Source of the DNA: an uncultured Lachnospiraceae bacterium
GTDB taxonomy: Bacteria > Bacillota > Clostridia > Lachnospirales > Lachnospiraceae
NCBI GenBank assembly: GCA_964591265.1
Contig: CAZQAB010000015.1
Span: forward strand, 301 to 64,300
Length of the DNA stretch: 64,000 bases
Reading direction: 5' to 3'
Part shown: positions 1-9,783 of the stretch, in pieces
How positions within the stretch are numbered: position 1 is the stretch's first letter
Layout: every line of letters begins with the position of its first letter
Notes under the pieces: model-generated
What the model saw: only the letters and a program-made list of their open reading frames with translations
The model's database searches: none
Told to the model about the DNA's origin: nothing
Position numbers and translations under genes: made by a program

Positions 1-851
1 CGCTCAACGCGAAAATGCTCTACACGTTTTCTATTACCTTCAATAAACTCAATATCTGCCGGATCAGAAGTAAACACTTCAAATGTCGGAACGATTATTT
101 TGTTGCTGAAAGAAGTCATTTCTAAGAATTCTTCCATCCTGTCAGCTTTTGCGAATCTATTTTCCGGTTTCAAAAAGTTGCTGAGCATTTCGTCCTTGGC
201 ACTATCACTAATCTCATCTAAATACAAATAACCATTGTATACTTTCAACACACTCAATTGGCTGATAAAAATAACCATCTCGCGAAGTTGACGTCGCTCC
301 GTGTCAGTATAATTGTAAGTAACAGGAACAAGTGCCTTGTAATAATCGATATCTTCAAATCCGGTACAGCCATTCCCTATGATATAATTAAATATATCAT
401 CCAAAGACAGTTTTGCCTCGACACCCAGCTCCCTTTGCGCAATTAAATATTTGAGGATCGCGCAGAAAGGATATATCCGTTGTTCAGTAGCGTTGTAATT
501 ATCAAAAGCAGGAAACGGAAAGCGAAACTTGCTAATGTAGTTAAACAAATAATCGTCTGCGCTTTTTATGCTTCCATCCAAATTCGCTAAATCCCGGCAG
601 ATATCCGTTACCAACAACTTATTCCCCATAAACTTTGCCAAAAAGGAGCATTGAAAAACTCTTGAATAGTTACGCTTAATTGTATAGTGATCCGGCAAAA
701 ATGGCATTCCGGTTTCACTTACAAGTGTTTTTCGGAACAGTTCTTCACAACGTGAAATATCTGCGTTATCAAACCTAACTAATGTCTTGGCAATCTCTCT
801 TAATACATCAAATTGGAAATATAAAAGTCGCCCTTGATCCCAGCGCCACAT
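1..851 (-). CDS. McrA-like HNH endonuclease (putative restriction/defence nuclease); C-terminus runs off the window
   Basis: Manual translation from ATG 851 (GGAGG RBS at 861-865) is open to the window edge: MWRWDQGRLLYFQFD...EFIEGNRKRVEHFRVER. The EGxxxxxxHxxxER motif typically precedes McrA-type HNH domains. The HNH motif itself lies outside the window. Confidence 0.7.
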   Translation of the reverse strand, partial: MWRWDQGRLLYFQFDVLREIAKTLVRFDNADISRCEELFRKTLVSETGMPFLPDHYTIKRNYSRVFQCSFLAKFMGNKLLVTDICRDLANLDGSIKSADDYLFNYISKFRFPFPAFDNYNATEQRIYPFCAILKYLIAQRELGVEAKLSLDDIFNYIIGNGCTGFEDIDYYKALVPVTYNYTDTERRQLREMVIFISQLSVLKVYNGYLYLDEISDSAKDEMLSNFLKPENRFAKADRMEEFLEMTSFSNKIIVPTFEVFTSDPADIEFIEGNRKRVEHFRVE

Positions 852-874
852 ATCTATGTACCTCCTTAGAGTAG

Positions 875-1081
875 TTAATCATTGCGTGAAAAGCTCATTA
901 TATCTCCTACATCGCACTCTAGAGCAGCACATATTCTGTCCAAGCATTCCATTGAAACATATTCATCTTTTCCAAGCTTTGCAACTGTTGTCGTGCTTAT
1001 TCCTGCAAGGTCGCGTAGATCGGTGCGTTTGAGTTTTCTATCGATTAACAACTTCCATAACTTGTTATAATTGGCAGCCAT
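875..1081 (-). CDS. Xre/Cro-C1 HTH transcriptional regulator (HTH_26-like)
   Basis: MAANYNKLWKLLIDRKLKRTDLRDLAGISTTTVAKLGKDEYVSMECLDRICAALECDVGDI; GGAGG RBS before ATG 1081. Confidence 0.9.
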   Translation of the reverse strand: MAANYNKLWKLLIDRKLKRTDLRDLAGISTTTVAKLGKDEYVSMECLDRICAALECDVGDIMSFSRND

Positions 1082-1251
1082 ATATACGCCTCCTTTTTGT
1101 CTCACTATATTTTACCATAAAACCCGCCCAAAATCAAGCGCGTGCAAAAAATATATTTGAATTTACAAATATTATGTCCGATCCAAAAGCAAAGCAATAG
1201 AACATAGTGGTATCGTCTGATTTGTCACTTTTCCGGCTCTTGACCGTGTTT

Positions 1252-1452
1252 TTACGCTTTCCTGTTTGTACGGCTTTTCAGCCATTCCACAAGCTCATTT
1301 TTCATCACCAGCTTGCGCCCGCCGATCCGCAAAGTCGGGAAATCCGGACTGCTCAAAAGGTTATATGCTCCCGCTTTGGAAATTTGCAACGCCTTTGCAA
1401 GCTGCTTTGCGTCCATTACATCGGGCATGGCTTCAAACGGCTCTCTGCTCAT
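1252..1452 (-). CDS. Excisionase-like HTH_17 DNA-binding protein
   Basis: PDVMDAKQLAKALQISKAGAYNLL...FPTLRIGGRKLV motif; AAAGGAG RBS. Confidence 0.85.
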   Translation of the reverse strand: MSREPFEAMPDVMDAKQLAKALQISKAGAYNLLSSPDFPTLRIGGRKLVMKNELVEWLKSRTNRKA

Positions 1453-1518
1453 AAAAACTCCTTTCCCGCATGAAAAACAGCAGTCACCTCACGGCAACTG
1501 CTGCGTCTCTGCGCTGTT

Positions 1519-2451
1519 TTATTTGTCCAAATATTTCTGATATTCCGCTGTAACATAGTCCTCATAGGCACTGGCGATTCGGGCGATCCGCTTATGGACT
1601 GCACTGGCGGTTTTGTAGCCAACCTTGTCTGCAATTTCCTGTTCGGTAAAGCCCTCCATGCGCAGCTCCAATATCTTCCGATCCTTCTCTGTGATATTGC
1701 TCTCCGAAAGTGCGGCAATTTGCATTTCGGAAATAACCGACTGTTCAAACTCGCCTCGTGGGTCTGCCACCTCAAAAATGTCCCCGTCCTCGCTTTCCAT
1801 CATTTCATCCAGCGAGATCAGCTTCCCGGAGCGGTTGTGATGCCACTTCCGCATAAAGTCCGTCTTAACATTGCTGCTGGTAGTTTCATAGTCCTCGACG
1901 GTGCGGTTATCCCAGATAGCATCAATCACGGGCTGCCATTCCTGCTCCGCAATCACCATATCGGTAACATTGCCAATCAGGTTACTGAATTGCTGATAGG
2001 TCAGCCACGGCACTTCCACGCCTTGTGCGATGTTGTAAAGATTTTGGAAGCCAAGTCCGTGCTGTTCAAACTTCATACGGATGTAGGGAATAATGCTGTA
2101 TGACAGTCGCCAAAGGGGAAAAAATCCCGCATACTGTGATCTGCTTCCGGGAATGTCCCGATAGTTGCCCTTGCGGTCTTTCACTTGGAAAAACTGCCAT
2201 GCGCTCCATGAGTAGCAGTCCCACACAATCAGCTTAAACATATCGTCACTTATTATGTGGTCGTATTTACCCGTTCGCAGCACTTCATAGGGACAGCGGG
2301 GCAACTCGTAGGCCGGCCTCCATTTCTCCGCAAGTTCTCTCGGCAAACTGTAAAACAGGGTAAGCCATGATTTATCGCTGTCCTGCGGTATCTCGATGAT
2401 CTCACTGGGCAGCACTACGATAAAACCCTTCGGGCTTTTCTGCTTGTCCAT
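1519..2451 (-). CDS. Sigma-70 region-4-containing protein typical of Firmicutes integrative elements
   Basis: C-terminal ITEKDRKILELRMEGFTEQEIADKVGYKTASAVHKRI HTH; ISLDEMM linker; GGAGGTG RBS before ATG 2451. Confidence 0.75.
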   Translation of the reverse strand: MDKQKSPKGFIVVLPSEIIEIPQDSDKSWLTLFYSLPRELAEKWRPAYELPRCPYEVLRTGKYDHIISDDMFKLIVWDCYSWSAWQFFQVKDRKGNYRDIPGSRSQYAGFFPLWRLSYSIIPYIRMKFEQHGLGFQNLYNIAQGVEVPWLTYQQFSNLIGNVTDMVIAEQEWQPVIDAIWDNRTVEDYETTSSNVKTDFMRKWHHNRSGKLISLDEMMESEDGDIFEVADPRGEFEQSVISEMQIAALSESNITEKDRKILELRMEGFTEQEIADKVGYKTASAVHKRIARIASAYEDYVTAEYQKYLDK

Positions 2452-2639
2452 AAACGTCACCTCCAATCAATTTGAAATAAGCCCTCTACTATACATGGCT
2501 TGAGAAGGGCTGAATTGTTCCAATCCTTACAAAATTTTTTGAGATTTTTTCAAAAAATCTCGGAATGGATGGGATCGGATAGATGTGATTTAATTATACT
2601 CGAAAACTGTGAATAAATCTATTTCTTTAAAAATGAGCA

Positions 2640-2680
2640 AAAAAACAACGGGTACTCGGCTTTTTCACCGAATACCCGTT
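2640..2680 (-). terminator. Intrinsic terminator-like hairpin
   Basis: aacgggtactcgg-ctttttca-ccgaatacccgtt (2647-2680) preceded by an A-run, giving a U-tract on the minus strand. Confidence 0.5.
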
Positions 2681-2908
2681 ATCTTGTTTACCAACCCCGT
2701 CTGACAGATGCCATAATCGTAATTTTCACATTACTTTCTTATGAGCACCCGTGTAATAGCGGAGGCGCTTTTTTTATGGGGAAAGAGTCAGTTATTTCAG
2801 GTTTATAGGGAAAACATATTGAATTTATAGGGATTTGGGGATATACTGAATGATAATGAAAGTACTTTATGTGATGCCGCGCAGCAGGGCGGCGGAATGG
2901 AGATCAGA

Positions 2909-3337
2909 ATGCGAATATCGACAAAAGGAAGGTATGCAATGCGTCTTATGCTGGACCTTGCGACCAATCAGACAGGAGAGCCGATCCGGCTGAAGGATGT
3001 GGCCCGGAGACAGGATATTTCCGAAAAGTATCTGGAGCAGATCATTTCCGTACTGAATAAGGCGGGATATGTGCGCAGCATCCGGGGGCCCCAGGGAGGC
3101 TATATGCTGCAGCGCACACCGAAGGAGTATACGGTGGGAATGATCCTGCGGCTGACGGAAGGAAGCCTGACGCCGGTGGATTGCGCGGGAGCGGCGGCCT
3201 GCGACCGGGAGGAAAACTGTGCCACGAGGATACTCTGGAAGAAGCTGGACGACGCCATCAATTCGGTGGTAGATACGGTCACTCTGGAGGATCTGCTGGA
3301 GTGGCAGGCAGCCCAGATGAGCGACTATGTGATCTGA
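2909..3337 (+). CDS. Rrf2-family regulator (IscR/CymR-like, three Cys)
   Basis: MRISTKGRYAMRLMLDLA...SEKYLEQI...SIRGPQGGY; C-x5-C-x5-C (DCAGAAACDREENC). Confidence 0.92.
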   Translation: MRISTKGRYAMRLMLDLATNQTGEPIRLKDVARRQDISEKYLEQIISVLNKAGYVRSIRGPQGGYMLQRTPKEYTVGMILRLTEGSLTPVDCAGAAACDREENCATRILWKKLDDAINSVVDTVTLEDLLEWQAAQMSDYVI

Positions 3338-3349
3338 GGTGAGGATGCC

Positions 3350-3563
3350 ATGAAGCGGAGTTTTACAAAATCAGCCGGGGTGGACAGCCCTGGGAGCTGA
3401 CGGACTGACCTGGCTTAAAGACCGCAAGGAGCCGTACAATCTGGGAAACGAGGAGTTTCGCCTGGCATTTTGTACCGATGATTTTGAGGCGGGCCGTAAG
3501 CTGCGCAGTGAGACGGGCTGTATCTGCTTTGAAAATCTGGAATTGCCGGGATGGAAATTCTGA
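3350..3563 (+). pseudogene. Degraded VOC/lactoylglutathione lyase (glyoxalase I) gene
   Basis: RBS+ATG at 3350 stops early. A different frame from 3405 reads LTWLKDRKEPYNLGNEEFRLAFCTDDFEAGRKLRSETGCICFEN, resembling the C-terminal half of clostridial glyoxalases. Confidence 0.7.
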
Positions 3564-3592
3564 ATTTTCAGATAGGCGGAAAGGTAAGAAAA

Positions 3593-5446
3593 ATGTTCAG
3601 ACTTTTGAAATACATGAAACCTTATAAGAAAGAATCCATATGCGCCCCCTTGTTTAAAATGCTGGAGGCGCTGTTTGAGTTGTTTGTGCCCCTTGTGGTG
3701 GCGAAGATCATCGATGTGGGCATCAAAAATCAGGATGTGGGTTATATTGTCAGGATGTGTCTGCTGATGGCGGCGCTGGGACTGATCGGCCTTGGATGCT
3801 CGGTCACCGCCCAGTATTTTTCCGCGAAAGCGGCCACGGGGTTCTGCACAAAGCTCCGCCATGAGTTATTCGCCCATATCCAGAGCCTGTCTTTCTCGGA
3901 GCTGGATACCATCGGCGCCTCCACGCTGATTACAAGGATGACCAGCGACGTTAACCAGGTGCAGTCCGGGGTCAACCTGTTTTTGAGGCTGTTTATGCGA
4001 TCCCCCTTTATCGTATTCGGGGCGATGATCATGGCGTTTGCCATCGATGTAAAAGCGGCCCTGATCTTTGCGGTTGTGATCCCGGCGTTGTGTGTGATCG
4101 TCTTTGGAATCATGCTGATCAGCATTCCCCTGTACCGGCGGGTACAGGAACGGCTGGACCGGATCGTCGGGGTGACCAGGGAGAATTTGCAGGGGGTGCG
4201 GGTGATCCGGGCTTTCTGCATGGAACCCCGGGAGGAGGCGGCTTTCGAGGAGAGCAACGGAGCGCTGGTGAAGATCCAGCTCTTTTCCGGCAAAATCTCC
4301 GCCCTGATGAACCCCATGACCTATGTAGTGGTGAACGTGGGGCTGGTCGTTCTTTTGAATGTGGGAGCGGATCGGGTTGACGAGGGGATTCTGCTCCAGG
4401 GAAATGTGGTGGCCCTGGTCAATTATATGTCCCAGATCCTGGTGGAGCTGGTGAAACTGGCGAACCTGATCATCACGGTGACGAAGGCCATCGCGTGCGG
4501 CAACCGGATACAGACGGTGCTGGAGACGCAGTCCGGCATGACCGATGGAAACGGAGCGAAATCCGAAGCGGCTGCGGGGGATGCTCCCGGGAGCACGGAG
4601 CGGATCGAGACGGCCATCAGGAGCATGGGCGACATGAAGGAAGTATATTCCGACGATAGAGATGAGACAATGAAGGGAATACAGGAATATGCGCCCGCAG
4701 TCGTCTTCGACAAGGTATATTTCCGATATCAGGGAGCCGGCGGAGATTCCCTCTCAGACATCAGCTTCCGGGTGGAGCGGGGACAGACCATCGGCGTGAT
4801 CGGCGGCACCGGCTCCGGCAAGACCTCCCTGGTGAGTCTGATCCCCCGGTTTTACGACGTGCGGGAGGGCTGCGTGAGGGTGAACGGGATTGACGTCCGG
4901 GATTATCCGATCGAAAAGATAAGAAGCAGGATCGGCATCGTCATGCAGAAAGCGGTGCTGTTTCAGGGAACCATCCGGGAAAATCTGCTCTGGGGCAACG
5001 AACACGCCACGGATGAAGAACTGAGGGAAGCCGTCCGTGCGGCCCAGGCAGAGGAAGTGGTGTCCCAGGCCAGGGGCGGCCTTGATGCTGAGGTGGAGCA
5101 GGAGGGCCGCAACTTTTCCGGCGGCCAGAAGCAGCGGCTGACCATCGCCCGGGCCTTGGTCCGCAGGCCGGAGATCCTGATCCTGGACGACAGCGCTTCG
5201 GCGCTGGATTTCGCCACGGATGCGAAGCTGCGAAAGGCGATCCGGGAGCTGTCCGGGCAGATGACGGTATTCATTGTATCTCAGAGGGCTTCCTCCATCC
5301 AGTACGCGGATCAGATCATCGTGCTGGACGACGGGGAGATGGTGGGGCTCGGCGCCCACGAAGAACTGCTGGAGAACTGCGGAGTCTATCAGGAGATCTG
5401 GTATTCCCAGTTTCCCAGGGAAGATCTGGAGGCGGCTGCGCAATGA
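3593..5446 (+). CDS. Multidrug-type ABC exporter, permease/ATPase subunit 1 (heterodimer)
   Basis: TM domain, GGTGSGKT, FSGGQKQ, degenerate Walker B ILDD and SQR switch (non-canonical site). Confidence 0.92.
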   Translation: MFRLLKYMKPYKKESICAPLFKMLEALFELFVPLVVAKIIDVGIKNQDVGYIVRMCLLMAALGLIGLGCSVTAQYFSAKAATGFCTKLRHELFAHIQSLSFSELDTIGASTLITRMTSDVNQVQSGVNLFLRLFMRSPFIVFGAMIMAFAIDVKAALIFAVVIPALCVIVFGIMLISIPLYRRVQERLDRIVGVTRENLQGVRVIRAFCMEPREEAAFEESNGALVKIQLFSGKISALMNPMTYVVVNVGLVVLLNVGADRVDEGILLQGNVVALVNYMSQILVELVKLANLIITVTKAIACGNRIQTVLETQSGMTDGNGAKSEAAAGDAPGSTERIETAIRSMGDMKEVYSDDRDETMKGIQEYAPAVVFDKVYFRYQGAGGDSLSDISFRVERGQTIGVIGGTGSGKTSLVSLIPRFYDVREGCVRVNGIDVRDYPIEKIRSRIGIVMQKAVLFQGTIRENLLWGNEHATDEELREAVRAAQAEEVVSQARGGLDAEVEQEGRNFSGGQKQRLTIARALVRRPEILILDDSASALDFATDAKLRKAIRELSGQMTVFIVSQRASSIQYADQIIVLDDGEMVGLGAHEELLENCGVYQEIWYSQFPREDLEAAAQ

Positions 5447-7188
5447 AAAAGGACGGACAGAAGAAAGTTTTAGTACAGGTACTCAGTTATATAAAGCCCC
5501 ATAGGGCGCTGGTAATTATTTCTCTTCTCATGGCGGTTATTTCTGTGGCGCTGACCCTTTACCTGCCGGTCCTCACCGGACAGGCCATAGACTGTATCCT
5601 TGGGCCGGGGGCGGTGGATTTCGGAGCGGTTGCCGGAATCATCCGTAATATGCTGACCGCTGTTTTACTGACGGCGGCGGCCCAGTGGATTATGAACGTC
5701 TGCAACAACCGGATCGTATACGCGGTGTCCCGGAAGGTGCGGGAGAGGGCGTTTCGCAGGATCGAGGCGCTGCCGCTCAGCTATCTGGATGCCCATTCCT
5801 CCGGGGAGCTTCTGAGCCGGATCATCGCGGATGTGGATCAGTTTTCGGACGGCCTGCTGATGGGATTCACCCAGCTGTTCACCGGTGTGGTGACGATCCT
5901 GGGGACTCTGGGGTTCATGCTCTTTGTGAACGTTCCCATCACGCTGGTGGTGGTGATTCTTACGCCCGTGTCCCTGCTGGTGGCGCGGTTTATCGCTACC
6001 CGCACCTACTCCATGTTTAAGCTCCAGTCGGAGACCAGAGGCGAGCAGACGGCGCTGATCAATGAGATGATCGAGAATCAGAAGGTGGTGCAGGCTTACG
6101 GGCAGGAGAAGAAGGTGGAGGAAAAATTCGACGGGATCAATGCCCGACTCCAGAAGTATTCCCTGCGTGCGATCTTCTTTTCCTCCCTCACGAACCCCTG
6201 CACCCGGTTCGTGAACAGCCTGGTGTACACGGGCGTGGGGCTGACCGGGGCGCTGACGGCGGTTCGCGGACTGATGACCGTCGGGGAACTGTCGGCGTTT
6301 TTATCCTATGCGAACCAGTATACGAAGCCCTTCAACGAGATATCCGGTGTGGTGACGGAGCTGCAGAATGCCCTGGCCTGTGCCGGACGGATCTTTGAAC
6401 TGATCGGGGAGCCGGCCCAGACGCCGGAGGCGGATCCGCCGGAGGAGCTGCCAAAACATGTGGGAGCTGTTTCGGTGGAGCATGTATATTTTTCCTATAA
6501 TCCGGAAAAGAAATTAATTGAGGATTTCAATCTTTCCGTGCAGGACGGCCAGAGGGTGGCCATTGTGGGGCCCACCGGCTGCGGCAAGACCACCATGATC
6601 AATCTGCTGATGCGCTTTTATGATGTGGACACAGGCAGCATCCGCATTGAGGGAAAGGATATCCGGGATCTCAGGCGGAGGGATCTGCGCAGCGCCTACG
6701 GCATGGTGCTGCAGGATACCTGGCTGTGCAGCGGAACGATCCGCGACAACATCCGGTTCGGACGGCCCGACGCCTCCGAGGAAGAGGTGGAGAAGGCTGC
6801 CAGAGCCGCCCATGCCCACAGCTTTATCCTGCGGCTTCCGGAAGGGTATGACACAGTCGTTGGGGAGGCCGGAGGAAATCTGTCCCAGGGACAGAAGCAG
6901 CTTCTGTGCATTGCCCGTGTCATGCTCTGCCTGCCGCCCATGCTGATCCTGGATGAAGCCACTTCCTCCATTGACACCCGCACCGAGATCCGCATCCAGA
7001 AAGCGTTTCAGACCATGATGGAGGGCAGGACCAGCTTTATCGTTGCCCACCGCCTTTCCACCATCCGCAACGCGGACGTGATTCTTGTGATGAAAGACGG
7101 CAATATCATCGAGCAGGGAACCCATCAGGAGCTGCTGGATCAGAAGGGATTTTATGCGAACCTGTACAACAGCCAGTTTGCGCATTGA
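5443..7188 (+). CDS. Multidrug-type ABC exporter, permease/ATPase subunit 2
   Basis: GPTGCGKT, LSQGQKQ, ILDEATS, AHRL; ATGA overlap with the previous gene. Confidence 0.93.
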   Translation: MKKDGQKKVLVQVLSYIKPHRALVIISLLMAVISVALTLYLPVLTGQAIDCILGPGAVDFGAVAGIIRNMLTAVLLTAAAQWIMNVCNNRIVYAVSRKVRERAFRRIEALPLSYLDAHSSGELLSRIIADVDQFSDGLLMGFTQLFTGVVTILGTLGFMLFVNVPITLVVVILTPVSLLVARFIATRTYSMFKLQSETRGEQTALINEMIENQKVVQAYGQEKKVEEKFDGINARLQKYSLRAIFFSSLTNPCTRFVNSLVYTGVGLTGALTAVRGLMTVGELSAFLSYANQYTKPFNEISGVVTELQNALACAGRIFELIGEPAQTPEADPPEELPKHVGAVSVEHVYFSYNPEKKLIEDFNLSVQDGQRVAIVGPTGCGKTTMINLLMRFYDVDTGSIRIEGKDIRDLRRRDLRSAYGMVLQDTWLCSGTIRDNIRFGRPDASEEEVEKAARAAHAHSFILRLPEGYDTVVGEAGGNLSQGQKQLLCIARVMLCLPPMLILDEATSSIDTRTEIRIQKAFQTMMEGRTSFIVAHRLSTIRNADVILVMKDGNIIEQGTHQELLDQKGFYANLYNSQFAH

Positions 7189-7296
7189 CAAAACCGGAAA
7201 GGTGTGGTAAAAGGGGTACGCGGCAGAAAATACAGCTCCATTTTGAAGCCGGAGACGGAAATCCGAAAAGAGAACGGAAAAAGAAGGGAGCAAACC

Positions 7297-8283
7297 ATGA
7301 AAATCACTTTTTTTGCGGCAAAGAAATACGATAGGAACTCTTTCAACGCGATTAGAAACCAGTATCCGGAGTTGGAGCTGGAATACTGGGAGGCGGATCT
7401 GTCCCCCTGGACGGCGGGGTATGTAAAAGACAGCGAGGCAGTCTGCTGTTTTGTCAGCGCCGATGTGGGAGCGAAGTCTCTGGAGATTTTGAGCGGCCGG
7501 GGCGTGAAGCTGGTGCTGATGCGCTGCGCGGGATTTAATAACGTAGATATGGAGACGGCCTCCCGTCTGGGCATCACAGTGATGCATGTGCCGGGCTATT
7601 CCCCGGAGGCGGTGGCAGAACATGCTATAGCCCTGGCGCTGGCAGTCAACCGCCATCTCCATAAAGCATATATAAGAGTGAGGGAAAATAATTTCAGCCT
7701 GCAGGGCCTGGAGGGCGTGAACTTTTACGGTAAGACTGCCGGTATCGTGGGCACCGGCAGGATCGGCGCCGCCATGGCCCGTATCTGCCACGGTTTCGGG
7801 ATGAAGGTGCTGGGCTACGACGCGTATCACAACCCGGATCTGGATTTTATGGAGTACGTGGAGATGGAGGAACTGCTGGCAAAAAGCGATCTGATTTCCC
7901 TGCACTGCCCCCTGACGGAGAGCACCCACCATATGATCAATAAGGACACGATCAGTAAGATGAAGGACGGCGTGCTTCTTGTCAACACTTCGAGGGGCGG
8001 CCTGATCAAGACGGAGGATCTGATCGCGGGGATCCGTGAGAAGAAGTTTTTCGGCGTTGGCCTGGATGTATACGAGGAAGAGCAGCAGAACGTATATGAG
8101 AACCGGGAGGACGAGATCCTGATGCATTCCACTGTTTCACGGCTTCTTTCCTTCCCCAACGTGATCGTGACCTCCCATCAGGGATTTTTCTCCAGAGAGG
8201 CGCTTGAGGCCATCAGCCGGACCACGCTGGACAACGCGGCGGCTTTTCTGAAGGGGGAAAAGGCAGGTACGGAGCTGAACTGA
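7297..8283 (+). CDS. ldhA: D-isomer 2-hydroxyacid (D-lactate) dehydrogenase
   Basis: RCAGFNNVD, YSPEAVAEH, GTGRIG, SLHCPLT, NTSRGGL, LDVYEEE, TSHQGF. Confidence 0.85.
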   Translation: MKITFFAAKKYDRNSFNAIRNQYPELELEYWEADLSPWTAGYVKDSEAVCCFVSADVGAKSLEILSGRGVKLVLMRCAGFNNVDMETASRLGITVMHVPGYSPEAVAEHAIALALAVNRHLHKAYIRVRENNFSLQGLEGVNFYGKTAGIVGTGRIGAAMARICHGFGMKVLGYDAYHNPDLDFMEYVEMEELLAKSDLISLHCPLTESTHHMINKDTISKMKDGVLLVNTSRGGLIKTEDLIAGIREKKFFGVGLDVYEEEQQNVYENREDEILMHSTVSRLLSFPNVIVTSHQGFFSREALEAISRTTLDNAAAFLKGEKAGTELN

Positions 8284-8380
8284 GAGTAACAGGAGAATGC
8301 CGGATCCGGCATATATCCTTTCCTGCGATAAAAGGGGCGCGGGAAAGGAAAAACAGAATAAAGCGATAAGGAGATATGAA

Positions 8381-9727
8381 ATGGGTAAGTATTTTGGGAC
8401 AGACGGCTTCCGGGGCGAGGCAAATAAAAAACTGACCGTGGACCATGCGTTTAAGGTCGGGCGTTTTCTGGGCTGGTATTTCGGACAGGAGTACAAAGCC
8501 CGTATCGTCATCGGCAAGGACACCAGGCGCTCCAGCTATATGTTTGAGTATGCGCTGGCGGCGGGGCTGACGGCTTCCGGGGCGGACGCGTTTCTGCTTC
8601 ATGTGACCACCACCCCCAGCGTATCCTACGTGGTGCGCACCGAGGATTTTGACTGCGGCATTATGATTTCCGCCAGTCATAACCCCTACTACGACAACGG
8701 CCTCAAGATCATCAGCGGCAGCGGGAAGAAGATCGAATCCGAGGTGGAGGATAAGATCGAAGCCTATATCGACGGAGAGATCCCGGAGCTGCCTCTGGCG
8801 ACCGGGGAGAAAATCGGGCGCACCGTGGACTATGTGGCGGGCCGGAACCGTTATATCGGCCATCTGATCGCCATGGCGACCCGTTCCTTCAAGAATACAA
8901 AGGTGGGGCTGGACTGCTCCAACGGCAGCGCTTCCTCCATTGCCAAGAGCGTGTTCGACGCCCTGGGCGCCAAGACCTATGTGATCCACAACGAGCCGGA
9001 CGGCACCAATATCAACCGGGATTGCGGTTCCACCCACATCGGGGAACTGCAGAAATTTGTACTGGAGCGGGGGCTGGACGTGGGCTTTGCCTTTGACGGG
9101 GACGCGGACCGCTGTATCGCGGTGGACGAAAACGGCCGGGTGGTAAACGGCGATCTGATCCTGTATGTTTGCGGGAAATATATGAAGGAAGAGGGCAAGC
9201 TGACCAACAACACGGTAGTGACCACGATCATGTCCAATCTGGGCCTTTACAAGGCGTTTGACCGGGAGGGTATCTCCTACGAGAAGACGGCTGTGGGGGA
9301 TAAATATGTCTACGCGAATATGTGCGCTAACGGCCACTGCCTGGGGGGCGAGCAGTCCGGCCATATCATCTTTTCCAAATACGCCACCACCGGGGACGGC
9401 ATTCTGACGGCGCTTATGGTTATGGGCGTGATGATGGATAAGAAAGTAAGCCTGGCAACGCTGGCCTCCGAGGTGCGCATCTACCCCCAGCTTCTGAAAA
9501 ATGTCCGGGTGGCCGACAAGCAGGCGGTGAAGGACAACAAGGCGGTGCAGGAGACAGTGAACGAAGCGGCTTCGGCCCTGGGAGAAAACGGAAGGATCCT
9601 GGTGCGGGAGAGCGGCACGGAGCCGGTGGTCCGGGTCATGGTGGAGGCAGAGACGGATGAGATCTGTAAAAAATATGTGGACCGGGTGGTTGAAGCGATC
9701 CGTTCCCAGGGCCTGACAGAAGAATAA
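8381..9727 (+). CDS. glmM: Phosphoglucosamine mutase
   Basis: MGKYFGTDGFRG, ISASHNPYYDNG, FDGDADR, GGEQSGH, RESGTEP. Confidence 0.97.
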   Translation: MGKYFGTDGFRGEANKKLTVDHAFKVGRFLGWYFGQEYKARIVIGKDTRRSSYMFEYALAAGLTASGADAFLLHVTTTPSVSYVVRTEDFDCGIMISASHNPYYDNGLKIISGSGKKIESEVEDKIEAYIDGEIPELPLATGEKIGRTVDYVAGRNRYIGHLIAMATRSFKNTKVGLDCSNGSASSIAKSVFDALGAKTYVIHNEPDGTNINRDCGSTHIGELQKFVLERGLDVGFAFDGDADRCIAVDENGRVVNGDLILYVCGKYMKEEGKLTNNTVVTTIMSNLGLYKAFDREGISYEKTAVGDKYVYANMCANGHCLGGEQSGHIIFSKYATTGDGILTALMVMGVMMDKKVSLATLASEVRIYPQLLKNVRVADKQAVKDNKAVQETVNEAASALGENGRILVRESGTEPVVRVMVEAETDEICKKYVDRVVEAIRSQGLTEE

Positions 9728-9783
9728 AAGGCATACAAAATCACAGAAAGGATCAGACGTGGCAAAGGCCATTGTAAACGGGT

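Larger units (their letters stand above)
1..2740. mobile_element. End of an integrative element (IME/ICE-like); right boundary approximate
   Basis: Sigma-like, excisionase-like, Xre and nuclease genes all on the minus strand, followed by a switch to backbone genes at 2909. Integrase and the other att site are not in the window. Confidence 0.6.

Noticed and set aside
2690-2716. ccccgtctgacagatgcca as a possible tRNA 3' end (att core)
   Set aside because: Ends in CCA but has no T-loop (TTCRA) or recognisable acceptor stem
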